Source: the human T2T-CHM13v2.0 reference genome, Homo sapiens
Reading direction: 5' to 3' (one strand)
NCBI RefSeq assembly: GCF_009914755.1
Contig: NC_060938.1
Length of the DNA stretch: 64,000 bases
The translations under genes and the position numbers were made by a program. Every line of letters starts with the position of its first letter. Position 1 is the stretch's first letter. Below, piece after piece: positions 61,986 through 64,000 of this stretch. Under the pieces are notes generated by a model. The model was not told where the DNA came from. It searched no databases and was given only the letters and a program-made list of their open reading frames with translations.

Positions 61986-63427
61986 AGTATTTCACTATAT
62001 GAACGTTCATGCATTTTGTAAAAGTTTTCCAACTAATTCTGATCTGCTGTCCTAAAACATGCTTTAAGTGATCTATCTCTGTGCTCTCCTCCCAACTCAG
62101 ACATCCCAAATAAATAAAGCTATAAGTGGAATGCAGAGGCAAAAAAAAAAAAGATTTTAACCCAGGGTCATCCCATTTTTTTCTAACAGTGGCCTAAATG
62201 ATTAGAAACCCATGAGGTACAATTTTTTAATGCACATTGTTTAACTTTCAGCTATGGTGAGTCCTGAGTTCAACAATTACAAACAATGTCACTCAAAGTC
62301 ACAAGTTAAGTGACTTCTCCATTTTTTCCCTCATTTCAGTAATCCTTCCTGTTGTCCTAGTTTTGTGGTATGACTTTAATGAAGTTCAACTTTATTATCT
62401 CAAAAAAAACAAAAAAAATTAGTTTTATTTAAAAGTACTATTCGCCCAATACAGAAGGAAAAAAAAAAAAAAAACTAGCAAAGTCAGGAAATTAGCCCCT
62501 ACCGGCATACAAATTTACAGGTCAAAGCAAGCCCTTCCTGTCCTCACATGAACTGCAGCCTGGAGACCACCACAACCTCCTTCCTCAAAACTTGTCCACG
62601 AGATACACAGCAACAGTGCTCAGATCTTGTTTTTTAACCAGAATGTTTTCCTCAGAAGTCTTAAATGAAAGCTAAATGTACAAAAGGTACAATGGAGAAA
62701 CATTCTGATCTAGTGAGAATGGGAGACCTAGGATTCATTTTTTCAGGCTCCCCCTGCCTTTCCCCATCCCTCCCTCCACCTTTCACTCCAGTCCTGGTTC
62801 ACTAAGATACCTCGGCAGAATACTTTACATTTGAAACCCACTGAAATGAAAGAATCTAAAGTTCAGACTGAAGGGGAAGGGAGCACCTTAAGTGGCAGTA
62901 TCAAATTATAATTTCAGTTCTTAGCACCAAAACTCATTAACTCAGGGTAGTTACATGGTTGACTCATGAACTAAAACAATTCTATGAATAGTTTAAGAAA
63001 TCCGATCAAGATTTTATGAGCAACTTCCTCATCTCTTACATATCAACATATAATGTTTTAGGATGAGAATAATATAGTAATAATTATACATCACTGTCAT
63101 AAAAGACAATAGCACTTCTAACTGAATTATACAGATAAACCCAGAACTAGCCTCTTACATATTGCAAACAGGTAATAAAATATTGCAAAATGAAATTGAT
63201 CTATTTAAGTTCCTTTTTAAATCTTCTCATATTAAATAAACACACACATATTTACTCAACAGGAAAATCTTGCAACAAAATTTCAAATACTAACCTGCCA
63301 AAAAACAAGTAATTTTTCCTCTCAGCAGGAACTCCTGGCTTTTGGCCCACAACCTTTGCATAACCAAAATGTGTTATGCAAAGGTGTTCAAGGTGGCCTA
63401 AGCTACATTGGAAAAAAAGCTAAAAAT

Positions 63428-63730
<303 letters not shown>

Positions 63731-64000
63731 CTAAAAATATACTTCACAGTGGCAGGACCACAGATGTCACTTCAGATGAGCAAGAATGAATCCACCAAGC
63801 ATCACAATAGAGGTGAAGCCTACATTTCACCAAAGCAGAAAAAGGATCCTACAAAATATGCAATTTTTAACTGATAAAATAATGAAACCTCCTGATACAA
63901 AAGTATGGGATAGGGCAATGCCTCTATGACATTTAAATGCTAAAATATTAGTTATTAAACTGAAGCAAATTAGGTCACTCCAGTTCCCACAAAGTTGTCC

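Overview
This is hominid genomic DNA (AluY and a full-length SVA are present). It reads as a pericentromeric-type segmental-duplication mosaic, not an ordinary gene locus, and contains no CRISPR, rRNA or tRNA. From left to right: (1) 1-11.7 kb is repeat-rich sequence with a solo THE1 LTR, a complete THE1 element nested in a MER20, and 46-bp and 34-bp minisatellites. (2) An SVA at 11.73-13.24 kb carries an apparent 3' transduction and has no target-site duplication (TSD). It abuts (3) a FAM27-family unit with a CCAAT/NRF1 promoter and an intact two-exon 67-codon ORF. (4) A degraded, unprocessed BSND (barttin) paralog has its first and last exons ~24 kb apart on the minus strand. Between them lie two related (CAT/CAC)n arrays, a CpG-rich island and a 2-kb 18-bp satellite with an internal inversion. 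(5) An Alu-dense NCOR1 duplicon retains coding exons 2 and 5 (3 and 4 not found), with a nonsense codon in exon 5. Gene and repeat identities come from recalled sequences, not a database search. The exact locus (17p11.2-, 20p11.1- or other pericentromeric copy) cannot be fixed from the sequence alone. I found no convincing novel protein-coding system; the best leads are structural and regulatory.
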